In this document: piece by piece, positions 56,406-64,000 of the stretch
How positions within the stretch are numbered: position 1 is the first letter of the stretch
Layout: every line of letters starts with the position of its first letter
From: a virus
Taxonomy: Duplodnaviria > Heunggongvirae > Uroviricota > Caudoviricetes
IMG/VR virus record: IMGVR_UViG_3300028585_000002
Span: 15,337 to 79,336 of that record
Reading direction: 5' to 3' (one strand)
DNA length: 64,000 bases
Program-made: the position numbers and the translations under genes
Notes under the pieces: generated by a model
Seen by the model: only the letters and a program-made list of their open reading frames with translations
Told to the model about the DNA's origin: nothing
The model's database searches: none

Positions 56406-56861
56406 TTACCTCATACGGGTCAGCGTTGGTCTTCCGACGACACGTCGAAATGGGGCCTGCACATTCGTGACGACGCCGAAACTTAGCGAATAGGGTACGT
56501 GGACCGTAATGCCGCGCATGAGGAAGTCCCGCTCGTTCCGCGTCACCAGCGGAAGGTCGCGGACCTTGGCGGTCGCAGCAATGATGGCGTCGGGCAGTTT
56601 GATCTTCGGTGGCACCGTCAAGCTGAGCTTGCGCAGAGCGATTGCCTCGTCGGTAATCGCCTGGTCGATCTGAATCACCTCAAACTCGGCTAGCACCGCG
56701 TCCAGAATTGGCTTTTCTTCAGGGCGCTCACCGGAGCGCAGCTCCATGTATGTGATGATGCTGATGGCCGGGTTGTCGTACTGAGCCAGCTCAATGGTCG
56801 CCTGTTCGGCGCCATTGAGCATGTCGATGAAGATATTTGTGTCGAAGAGGATCAGCGCCAT
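56406..56861 (-). CDS. vapC: VapC-family PIN-domain toxin
   Basis: MALILFDTNIFIDML...ITYMEL...LPDAIIAATAKVRDLPLVTRNERDF: PIN acidic residues conserved. Confidence 0.7.
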   Translation of the reverse strand: MALILFDTNIFIDMLNGAEQATIELAQYDNPAISIITYMELRSGERPEEKPILDAVLAEFEVIQIDQAITDEAIALRKLSLTVPPKIKLPDAIIAATAKVRDLPLVTRNERDFLMRGITVHVPYSLSFGVVTNVQAPFRRVVGRPTLTRMR

Positions 56862-57043
56862 TCGGCCCTCAGTTGCTGCTGAAATTCGACGCCATCCCGC
56901 GGAATGTCGCTGCGGTTCTTCCACAGTCCCTGCGCGGCCTGCAGCGCAGCCAGACGGCGCCGGCGTGGCGAATCCTGCAGGGTAACGACCGACGACTTAT
57001 CAGCCTGCTCCACGTCTGGATTTCTCTGTTTGGCGGCACCCAT
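56852..57043 (-). CDS. VapB-like antitoxin (small, positioned upstream of vapC with overlapping stop/start)
   Basis: RBS GGGAGGgcgacATG on the minus strand; 64 aa; TGA overlaps the vapC ATG. Confidence 0.45.
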   Translation of the reverse strand: MGAAKQRNPDVEQADKSSVVTLQDSPRRRRLAALQAAQGLWKNRSDIPRDGVEFQQQLRAEWR

Positions 57044-57132
57044 GTCGCCCTCCCTTACTTGAAGTGATGATTCAGTGTACCGCATCCGATGCCCGCTGTC
57101 GTCGTCGGCCAGCAGGCGCGTTGACGTTTCCG

Positions 57133-57462
57133 CTACGGGCGCATGGGTACGCGGAACTGCTCGAGGCTGCCGCCGGCGGCGAGTGCCTGCTGTAGCCAAG
57201 CCGGCCGCTTCCCGCGACCGCCCCAGGTGTTCTCCGCGTTGGCAGGATCTTGGTAAACATTCCCCGGCGTCGTCGCCTTGCGAGACTTGCGTTTCTCGTC
57301 CATCGCCAACAGCGTATGCAGCGGTATGCCGAACTGGTGGGCGAGGCTGTATATCTGGTCGATCGCAGCCTGACGCTCATGCTTCTCCCGCTTCTCCGCT
57401 TCCTTCGACACCTGATCCAGCAACTCACGCAGCTGGCCAAGGTTCAGTCCCGATAAGTCCAT
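57133..57462 (-). CDS. H-NS-family nucleoid-associated protein (xenogeneic silencer-like)
   Basis: C-terminal DNA-binding signature NTWGGRGKRPAWL; N-terminal coiled coil; 109 aa. Confidence 0.55.
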   Translation of the reverse strand: MDLSGLNLGQLRELLDQVSKEAEKREKHERQAAIDQIYSLAHQFGIPLHTLLAMDEKRKSRKATTPGNVYQDPANAENTWGGRGKRPAWLQQALAAGGSLEQFRVPMRP

Positions 57463-57630
57463 TTCGCTTCCTCTAAAGTAAGTGTTACGTGATTATCATA
57501 GTGCAGATCACACTTATTTTGCCGGACACGGCCATTTTTCAACGTGCCATACATAACAGAAGCCGCCGTAGCTCATATACTTGTCGGACCAGCGTCACTT
57601 AACGTCATTTAACTGGATCAAAGGGTCTCC

Positions 57631-58323
57631 ATGGATCAGAACGGCAAAAATACCCAAAGGGCGTCAGCTCTTATCAGGTTGATCTCTGAAGAAAAATGGT
57701 ACACGGCATCGAGAAATGGCGACATGCTGCTGCGAACCCCTCATTATTTCAGAAACAAGGAAGATCCAGGCAGAGGCGATAGACACGAATCTTGTGTCGG
57801 GTACTGGAATAAGAAACAGGGTCATGAAATGCCAACTATATCAAGAGATGGCGCCCCAATGGATATGACAGACGTGGAAACTCTTCTAATGTATCCGATA
57901 GACGAGCAGAAAGACGCTTGGATGCAATCGTGGTCCATTATCGGAACCGATAATTATTATGAAGAGTCGCTACAGCGCTTGGTGAACGAATTCGGGCCTT
58001 ACTTCCTCATAATGCCTGTAAAGCACATCGCGACTTACGTCGCCATGCTTGAACAAGCCACTGGCTTATCGGTTCGCGGCGGCCCGGTTCAATATTCGGA
58101 TGATCCTATGCAACGCTCTCTTACCGTGAAGGATTCGGAATTCGCCTATCAGAAGGAATTTCGGTTCTTCGTAGGCGAATGCTCCAAGTTCGAAACGCAG
58201 GATAAGGAAATCCACCTGGAGGGCATTGACAGAATTCTCTCCATTGGCGAATCGCTGAAATTTGAAACAGCAGGGAAGAAGACGTATTTCGCCCTCGGTC
58301 AGAAAACGATTATTTGCGCCTAA
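57631..58323 (+). CDS. hypothetical protein in a low-GC (about 47%) island, function unknown
   Basis: ORF-track ORF; AGA/ATA codons atypical for the element. Confidence 0.45.
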   Translation: MDQNGKNTQRASALIRLISEEKWYTASRNGDMLLRTPHYFRNKEDPGRGDRHESCVGYWNKKQGHEMPTISRDGAPMDMTDVETLLMYPIDEQKDAWMQSWSIIGTDNYYEESLQRLVNEFGPYFLIMPVKHIATYVAMLEQATGLSVRGGPVQYSDDPMQRSLTVKDSEFAYQKEFRFFVGECSKFETQDKEIHLEGIDRILSIGESLKFETAGKKTYFALGQKTIICA

Positions 58324-58396
58324 ATCACCAGGCCAGCTCCGTGGGCGTGGCCGGCGCTGACGACCGGTTCGAACGACTGCGGTCGAAGATCGGAGG

Positions 58397-58762
58397 TCAA
58401 AGATTCATTTTTTTGGCTTTACAAACCCCTGTTGCCTGTTTTGCGGAGCTGTGAAGGCTTGAAAAACTTCCATAAGAAGCAGAAAACTCGAACTGGCCTG
58501 TCTCCCGATTGATAGTCATTGAGGATGATTCACCCATACTTTCCGTTCCAAACAAATCGCGTACCACGTAGGTTGAACCCTCCGCTACCAAGGCGTTGTT
58601 CGGGATGTTCATCACATCCCCAACCTTTAAATCAGCAACCGGTTTGGTGGCGCCCCTTCCGCTTACGGTCTTTACTTCGCATGCCAAAACACGATCCTGA
58701 GAATGGGCTGCCGCGCAAAACAACGATCCCGCGAGAACTACGGCTTGTAAAAGATTTTTCAT
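58397..58762 (-). CDS. secreted small protein (signal peptide), unknown function
   Basis: MKNLLQAVVLAGSLFCAAAHS signal peptide; low GC. Confidence 0.45.
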   Translation of the reverse strand: MKNLLQAVVLAGSLFCAAAHSQDRVLACEVKTVSGRGATKPVADLKVGDVMNIPNNALVAEGSTYVVRDLFGTESMGESSSMTINRETGQFEFSASYGSFSSLHSSAKQATGVCKAKKMNL

Positions 58763-58881
58763 GTTAGTTAAAATGAAATTATTGGATAACGGAAGGACGT
58801 GAGTGTCCTAACGCGGCACTATTCGAACTTTACTCCAAAGGTTTCTATGTGGCAATACTAGTTATCTTTTGAAGCAACGTC

Positions 58882-59070
58882 TCACCAGTGATCCCCGCCG
58901 AACTTGGCCAGGGCCTGCGCGCGCTGCGCGGCGACGGCGCGCAGTTGGCCCAGCATGTTCTCCTGGGCGTCCGGCTCGCAGCCGTCCCAGACACTTTCCG
59001 CCAGGGCGCCGTGGTCGTCGTCAAAGCCGCACAGGATGCGCAGCTGCCGGTACTGCGTGTAGGTGCTCAC
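58882..59070 (-). CDS. hypothetical small protein (GTG start overlapping the upstream stop)
   Basis: Read by hand; frame shared with artefactual ORF 58882..59559. Confidence 0.25.
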   Translation of the reverse strand: MSTYTQYRQLRILCGFDDDHGALAESVWDGCEPDAQENMLGQLRAVAAQRAQALAKFGGDHW

Positions 59071-59381
59071 CAGACCAGCTCCACGACGGTCGCCGGCGCG
59101 TCCGGATCGGTGGTGCGCTTCTTGGCAATCGCCTCCAGCTCGTCTGGCGCCGGCGCGTACCAGGTGCCATCTTCGCGCCGCGCGACTTCGCACCAGTTGC
59201 CGGAGCCGACCAGGCTGAGCGCATCCCTGAAGTTCCAAGGGCAGACGCTGCGCACCTGGCCGTCCAGGGACATCGCGCGCCGGAGCGTGCAGCTGTCGCT
59301 GTCGTCGGGGAATTCGAACTCGACGTGGTGGATCCTGTCGTTGATCGGCAGGGCACCGGCCTTCATGAACATGCGCCTCAT
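59067..59381 (-). CDS. hypothetical protein, downstream partner of the RHH gene
   Basis: High GC3; ATGA overlap with the RHH stop. Confidence 0.4.
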   Translation of the reverse strand: MRRMFMKAGALPINDRIHHVEFEFPDDSDSCTLRRAMSLDGQVRSVCPWNFRDALSLVGSGNWCEVARREDGTWYAPAPDELEAIAKKRTTDPDAPATVVELVW

Positions 59382-59662
59382 TGCGCGCCCGCGCGCTCAA
59401 GGATGGCGGCCAGCTCGTCCGGAGGCAGGTTCTTGAGCTTGGCCAGGGTCTCGCGGGCGGCTGCGCGCTGAGCCAGCTTCTCCTGACGCTTGCTCTTGAG
59501 CAGGCGGTCGAACAAGGTATCCGGCTCTGGCATGTCGATGTCCTCCACCAGCACCTCAATCACCTCGCCTTGCGTCAGCTGGTAGGCCTTGGCCAGGCGG
59601 TGCAGGCGGTCGCGCGCGACCGGGTCGAGGTCGATGGTGTAGCGGGTGGTCTTGGTGGTCAT
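59378..59662 (-). CDS. ribbon-helix-helix (CopG/Arc-like) DNA-binding protein
   Basis: RYTIDLDPVARDRLHRLAKAYQLTQGEVIEVLV RHH fold; RBS GGAGAGcatcATG. Upstream ATATAATCACtcatcaGTGATT motif variant at 59679-59701. Confidence 0.5.
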   Translation of the reverse strand: MTTKTTRYTIDLDPVARDRLHRLAKAYQLTQGEVIEVLVEDIDMPEPDTLFDRLLKSKRQEKLAQRAAARETLAKLKNLPPDELAAILERAGAQ

Positions 59663-59774
59663 GATGCTCTCCATAATCAAATCACTGATGAGTGATTATA
59701 TCGCGCGATGATTTTATCTCACGCAAAAAAAAAGCGCTCATAAGAGCGCTTGAGGAGACACATCAATGTCAGGG

Positions 59775-59975
59775 TCAGGCCACAACGTCGGCTGTGAAGC
59801 CGATCGGCCTTGATTCGTCTTCGTCATCCCTCTGGGAGAAGAAGCCAGGCTGCGCGTTCATTGGAAACGGCAGCAGGAAGGTTAGAGCCAGCAGAGCCAG
59901 CGGGTTGTGCTCGCTGAAAATCACGAAACACACAGCAAGGACGATCAGGGTGTTGATGATCAAAGTATGCTTCAT
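59775..59975 (-). CDS. small membrane protein
   Basis: LIINTLIVLAVCFVIF TM segment; low GC; weak. Confidence 0.3.
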   Translation of the reverse strand: MKHTLIINTLIVLAVCFVIFSEHNPLALLALTFLLPFPMNAQPGFFSQRDDEDESRPIGFTADVVA

Positions 59976-60450
59976 GGCGTCTTAAGTAAGTCAGCAATGA
60001 GTGAAGAATATCACGCGTGTAGCCGTGATGCAAGTAGCATTCGCCAAAAATGTATAGTTCCTCTATACTGTACGGATATACAGTGCTTTTGACGCCTCAG
60101 ATTGTGCGCCAGCAAATAGTTGTTGCAAGGTTGAACATTTTCGTCTACGATTTCAGTCCGCATTGGAATGTTTCCTTTGCGACTCTTTTACGGATTGTTG
60201 TTCCAAATGTTTCCAGCCTGCATAGGTCTACACCTTAGACAAAGAAGATTCGGGTCTTAATTGACCCAGTCTTTTACCGAATTGATTCCGCTTTAGTGTC
60301 GGATAGATCCCGGTTTGTCTAAAAGTTTGTGCTTATGCGTTTGCTGCTCGCCTTATGGAGTCGAATGTGAGTTTTCACACTCGATAAGGCGAGGATAAGC
60401 GTCTGTTTCCCGATTTTGGGAATGCTAATCGTCAATTTAAAGGAACAACA

Positions 60451-60711
60451 ATGAAATCCGAATACAAAATCCTCCTCACTTCCGCAACGGACTCGAATGA
60501 TTGTGAGTCCGAGTTCTTCGCGTTCAACACATCGCTCACTCCGGCCAATGACGCGATCCTCGCTCAGGTAGTAGTCGACACCATCGCCAGGCTGTACGAG
60601 AAGCAGGAGCGCGAAATGCTCTGCGTGTGGGAGCTAGACGTGCTGGACAACGAATGTGCGTTCTTCCAAGCCAACCCCCAAAATTCCCAGGCGTGGCAGT
60701 CCCGCGCGTAG
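60451..60711 (+). CDS. hypothetical protein
   Basis: RBS AAAGGAAcaacaATG; lower GC. Confidence 0.3.
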   Translation: MKSEYKILLTSATDSNDCESEFFAFNTSLTPANDAILAQVVVDTIARLYEKQEREMLCVWELDVLDNECAFFQANPQNSQAWQSRA

Positions 60712-60728
60712 ACGCCAGGTGGCCGTCG

Positions 60729-62471
60729 TCAGGCGGCCAGCTTCACCTTCTGGGGAAAGCCCATCGACGCCAGGTCGAAGTCGCAACCGTTCTCGTAGAT
60801 GAACCGTTCGAAGCCTGGCGTGCCTTTGATGATTTCCTGGCGTTGTTTGGCGTGGCCAACCAGGTAGTCGTTGAAGGCGTCGGCAAAGTCCGTGACGTAG
60901 CAGACGTTCGGGCCGACCTTCTTGGCGCGCAGCCCGCGACCGATGCGCTGACGTAGCGCCACCTCTGCCTTGCCACCACCGGCGAGGAAAACATGGCCCA
61001 CGGCCGGCACGTCCACACCCACATCAAGGATGGTGGTCCCGATAAGCACGTCGATCATGCCGGCGGACAGCTTCTTCAATGCGCGCTTGCGTCCCTCCTG
61101 GTCGTCTTCGCCCCGGATGAACTCGACGCGCAGCCCAACCTCACGCATGGCCGCCTCCAATACCTCTCCGTGACGGGTCTGCTGGATCAGCACCATTGAC
61201 GTGAGACCGTGGTCAGCCATGCGCCGGCACTCGGTCACGATGATCTCGTTGCGGTGCTCATTGTCCACGATGCCCAGACGGTATGCCGACTGCCAGCCGG
61301 TGCCGCGCGCCAGCTTGGCGGGCTTCTGCCGGAGCGGGATGAACTTGAAGTGCGGCTGGGCCAGGATGCCGCGGTCGATCAGCATCTGCTCGGTGATCTT
61401 GATGGCGATCGGGCCGGAGCACGCCATCAGGCGCATGTTCGATTCTTCGTCGCCCTTCATGAACGGGGTGGCCGTCAGCGCCAGGCGGTAATGGGCGTTT
61501 TTGCAGTGGCGCAGGATCTCGTAGTAGCTGTTGCCTGACGCCTCATGCGCTTCCTCGAGGATGACCAGGCCGAAGCGCTCGAGCAAGGCGATCGTGCGCG
61601 CGCGCTCGCGCATGTGGGTCGATACCTTCACCGCGGCGTCGGCGCGCATGCTCTCGGCCAGCTTCTTGCGCTCGGCGGTCTGACGCGCTTCGAACACCTT
61701 CAGCTTCTCCTTGCGCGCGGCCAGCGTGCCGCCCAGCGCCAGCAACTGGGTCTCGTAGGCCTTGTATTCCTTCAGTTCCTTCTTCACCCGCGCATCCATC
61801 ATCTTTTCCAGCTCGCCGTCGACGGTCTTTTCCTCGAGGCGCGCGATCAGGGTCTGGACCATCCCGACGCACATCTTCTTGACCGCCTGGCGGCCGTCGG
61901 CCGTGGTGTGCCCGAACTGGCCGTCGCCCAGAACCGAGACCGCCGTGCCCATTTCTTCGAAGGCGTCTTTCATCTGGTACATCAGGATGCCGCGCGTGGT
62001 CAGGAACAGGGTCGGCAGGTTGATCGAGGCGAAGGCCATGCGCGCGATCCGGCTCTTGCCGCCGCCGGTGGCCACCTGGGCGATGATCTGGCCGTGCTTG
62101 CGCAGACGCTTGACCACCTCCGGCTGGTAGTCGTAGCGCGGGTCGTAGCCGAACGAGTCGATCTCGGGCAGCTCGGGGCCTTGCGGCTCGGGCAGGGCCT
62201 TACGCGCGTGGCGAATCTGGTAGCCCTGCTGACGCAGCTTCGCTGAGACGTAATGGACGAAGCCGGCGGGGAAGGTGCCCAGCTTGAAATCGAGGAAGGA
62301 CGAGCGGCCGTCCCAGTTGCCGCGCTTGAAGGCGATGCTGTGTTCGGCGCCGCCGACGGCGTACGACAGGATGTCCTGGACCGCCAGCTTAACCTCGCGG
62401 CTCGGCTCATGCAGTTTGGCGACGGTGGCGTTACTTGCGATGGTGATTGTGAGGCTCATTAGGCTTGCCAA
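60729..62471 (-). CDS. superfamily-2 DEAH-type DNA helicase with unknown ~100-aa N-terminal domain and a coiled-coil insertion
   Basis: Motif I ATGGGKS, motif II ILEEAHE, motif III TATP, motif VI QRIGRGLR. Confidence 0.75.
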   Translation of the reverse strand: MASLMSLTITIASNATVAKLHEPSREVKLAVQDILSYAVGGAEHSIAFKRGNWDGRSSFLDFKLGTFPAGFVHYVSAKLRQQGYQIRHARKALPEPQGPELPEIDSFGYDPRYDYQPEVVKRLRKHGQIIAQVATGGGKSRIARMAFASINLPTLFLTTRGILMYQMKDAFEEMGTAVSVLGDGQFGHTTADGRQAVKKMCVGMVQTLIARLEEKTVDGELEKMMDARVKKELKEYKAYETQLLALGGTLAARKEKLKVFEARQTAERKKLAESMRADAAVKVSTHMRERARTIALLERFGLVILEEAHEASGNSYYEILRHCKNAHYRLALTATPFMKGDEESNMRLMACSGPIAIKITEQMLIDRGILAQPHFKFIPLRQKPAKLARGTGWQSAYRLGIVDNEHRNEIIVTECRRMADHGLTSMVLIQQTRHGEVLEAAMREVGLRVEFIRGEDDQEGRKRALKKLSAGMIDVLIGTTILDVGVDVPAVGHVFLAGGGKAEVALRQRIGRGLRAKKVGPNVCYVTDFADAFNDYLVGHAKQRQEIIKGTPGFERFIYENGCDFDLASMGFPQKVKLAA

Positions 62472-62492
62472 GTTACTAGATTAGGAATAAAG

Positions 62493-62516
62493 TATAAGTC
62501 ACGACTGACTTACATG
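62493..62516 (+). promoter_or_regulatory. Recurrent palindrome TATAAGTCACgacTGACTTACATG
   Basis: Read directly; lies in the divergent region between the helicase and the ParB-like gene. Confidence 0.45.
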
Positions 62517-62531
62517 CAATCAATCTTAGGT

Positions 62532-63182
62532 ATGCACCAAATACTCATGCAGGAAGCGGACCCGCGGTCCTTGAAGCCGAATCCGTGGAACACGAACGTG
62601 GTCTCGCCAGACAACGAGGCAAAGATCGACGCCTCGATCAAGCGATTGGGCATGTTCAAACCGATCATCGTGCGCATCCTCCCGGATAAAACGCTGCAAA
62701 TTCTGGGCGGCGCCCACCGTCGCGATTCCGCGATCCGCTTGGGCATGTCTTCGGTCCCGGTGATGAACCTGGGCCACATCGACGACAAGAAGGCCAAGGA
62801 GATCGGCATCGTCGACAACGGTCGCTATGGCGAAGACGACACGCTGGGCCTGGCCGAGTTGCTGGACTCCCTCGGCGGCGCCGATGAACTGGCGGCCTTC
62901 ATGCCGTTCACCGACGCTGACTTCAGCTCGATCTTCGCTTCTAGCAATATATCGCTCGATGATCTTGAACTCCCGGACGACGACGGGTCAGCCCCAAGTG
63001 CCCCGGCGCCGAAGGCGGCCCAGACGCACGCCGTCATGCGCTTCAAGGTGCCGTTGGGCGACGACTCGACAATCGCCGACGCCATCGCGAAGGTCCAGAA
63101 GGAGCAGGGCTTCACCGACGAGGACATGCTGTCCAACGCCGGCAATGCCCTGGTCCACATCATCAAGCGTGCGGGGTACTGA
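62532..63182 (+). CDS. ParB/Srx-like nuclease-domain protein
   Basis: LKPNPWNTN...IIVR...ILGGAHRRDSAIRLGMSSVPV ParB N-terminal domain signature. Start uncertain (62514, 62532 or 62550). Confidence 0.55.
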   Translation: MHQILMQEADPRSLKPNPWNTNVVSPDNEAKIDASIKRLGMFKPIIVRILPDKTLQILGGAHRRDSAIRLGMSSVPVMNLGHIDDKKAKEIGIVDNGRYGEDDTLGLAELLDSLGGADELAAFMPFTDADFSSIFASSNISLDDLELPDDDGSAPSAPAPKAAQTHAVMRFKVPLGDDSTIADAIAKVQKEQGFTDEDMLSNAGNALVHIIKRAGY

Positions 63183-63183
63183 C

Positions 63184-63354
63184 ATGGCGTCCGAACGCTA
63201 CGAGTTCTGCGACAGCTGCGTGAACGCCGACATCCCCTACGAGTGCCGGCGCTGCCACGACGGCGACCTGTTCGAAGCCATTGATCTGGTCGAGGAGCTG
63301 TCGGTCCACGAGCTGCGCTTCATGTCCAATCCGAACCACCGAGAGGACGAATAA
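63184..63354 (+). CDS. small zinc-finger protein
   Basis: CDSC...CRRCHDGD; in frame with the tail of ORF 62827..63354. Confidence 0.3.
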   Translation: MASERYEFCDSCVNADIPYECRRCHDGDLFEAIDLVEELSVHELRFMSNPNHREDE

Positions 63355-63540
63355 ATGATCGACTGGTGGCTCTTTCCCCTGCTTTGCACCATCGGCGCGG
63401 CGTTCCTGCTCGCGGTGATGCAGCGCGACTGCAGCAAGCCATGCCGCGCCTTCGTCATGACGGCGGTGCTGTTCGTGCTCACGCCGATCCTGGCCCTGAT
63501 GTGGCTGTTCTGCTTCCTTATTTCCCTGGCCTACCCATGA
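63355..63540 (+). CDS. small membrane protein (two TM helices)
   Basis: WWLFPLLCTIGAAFLLAV and VLFVLTPILALMWLFCFLI. Confidence 0.35.
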   Translation: MIDWWLFPLLCTIGAAFLLAVMQRDCSKPCRAFVMTAVLFVLTPILALMWLFCFLISLAYP

Positions 63541-64000
63541 CCCAAGAAATCAAATCCAACATCCAGCTGTGGGACACCACCCGCATCAAGCCCTACGGCC
63601 AGAACGCCAAGATCCACAACGAGACGCAGGTCGCCAAGATTGCTGCCTCGATCGAGAAGTTCGGCTGGCGTGGCAATCCAATCGTCGTCGACGAGAACGA
63701 TGAGATCCTGGCCGGCCACGGTCGGCGCCTGGCTGCCATGAAGCTCGGCCTGGCCAAGGTGCCGGTCCTGCAGATGACCGACATGACCGAGGACGAGAAG
63801 CGCGCCTTCCGCCTGGCCGACAACCGCGTGGCCATCTCCGACATCGACGCCGACATCCTGGCGAAAGAGCTGGCCGACCTGGACTTCGACCTGACCGGCA
63901 TGTTCGACGCGAAAGAGCTGGACTTCGTCACCGCCGACCTGGGCGAGCTGAACCCGGACGCCTTCGTCACCAACATGGATGTCGAACTCGAGCACCAGGC
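63537..64000 (+). CDS. second ParB-like nuclease-domain protein; 3' end outside the window
   Basis: IKPYGQNAKIHNE...NPIVVD...ILAGHGRRLAAMKLGLAKVPV ParB N-terminal signature; ATGA overlap start at 63537. Confidence 0.55.
   Translation, partial: MTQEIKSNIQLWDTTRIKPYGQNAKIHNETQVAKIAASIEKFGWRGNPIVVDENDEILAGHGRRLAAMKLGLAKVPVLQMTDMTEDEKRAFRLADNRVAISDIDADILAKELADLDFDLTGMFDAKELDFVTADLGELNPDAFVTNMDVELEHQ

Noticed and set aside
58882-59559. 225-aa minus-strand ORF spanning three smaller genes
   Set aside because: Its translation is Arg/Cys/Trp-rich nonsense for most of its length. Codon-position GC supports the three smaller genes 58882-59070, 59067-59381 and 59378-59662 instead.
1-64000. tRNA, rRNA, integrase, transposase, att sites, virion genes
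   Set aside because: None recognisable by eye in this window; tRNAs in particular cannot be excluded without a covariance-model scan.

Overview
This is a high-GC (about 62%) segment of a large phage or phage-plasmid, with no virion structural genes in the window. It is dominated by a plus-strand DNA-metabolism and replication module. That module contains a CobT-like VWA protein and CobS-like AAA+ ATPase pair, a sigma-70-family sigma factor, a DnaE polymerase with a fused C-terminal UDG-like domain, and a gp32-like SSB. It also contains a FEN/RNase H nuclease, a RecA-family recombinase, SbcD/SbcC, a RuvC-like resolvase, NrdA/NrdB, a ThyX-like protein, MazG, a P-loop kinase, a DnaQ-like exonuclease and a SleB-like hydrolase. 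A long run of small early-type ORFs follows, many with zinc ribbons. There is also a plasmid-like maintenance set: eight 19-bp iterons next to a minus-strand Rep gene and an XRE regulator, a ParA plus RHH (ParG-like) partition pair, VapBC, HicA, an H-NS-like protein and an RHH protein. Several low-GC cargo islands are present: a DUF262-family gene, a TetR-DUF1348 operon, secreted proteins, and AT-rich genes of unknown function. A palindromic motif (A)TAAGTCAC-N3-GTGACTT(AT), often followed by AACTATAATG, recurs more than 20 times in intergenic gaps, often with the upstream stop codon inside it. Two noncoding repeat-rich regions lie at 50.75-51.39 kb and 51.72-53.40 kb. No tRNA, rRNA, CRISPR array, integrase or transposase could be recognised by eye. 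All calls are from manual reading of the sequence and ORF track; no searches were run.
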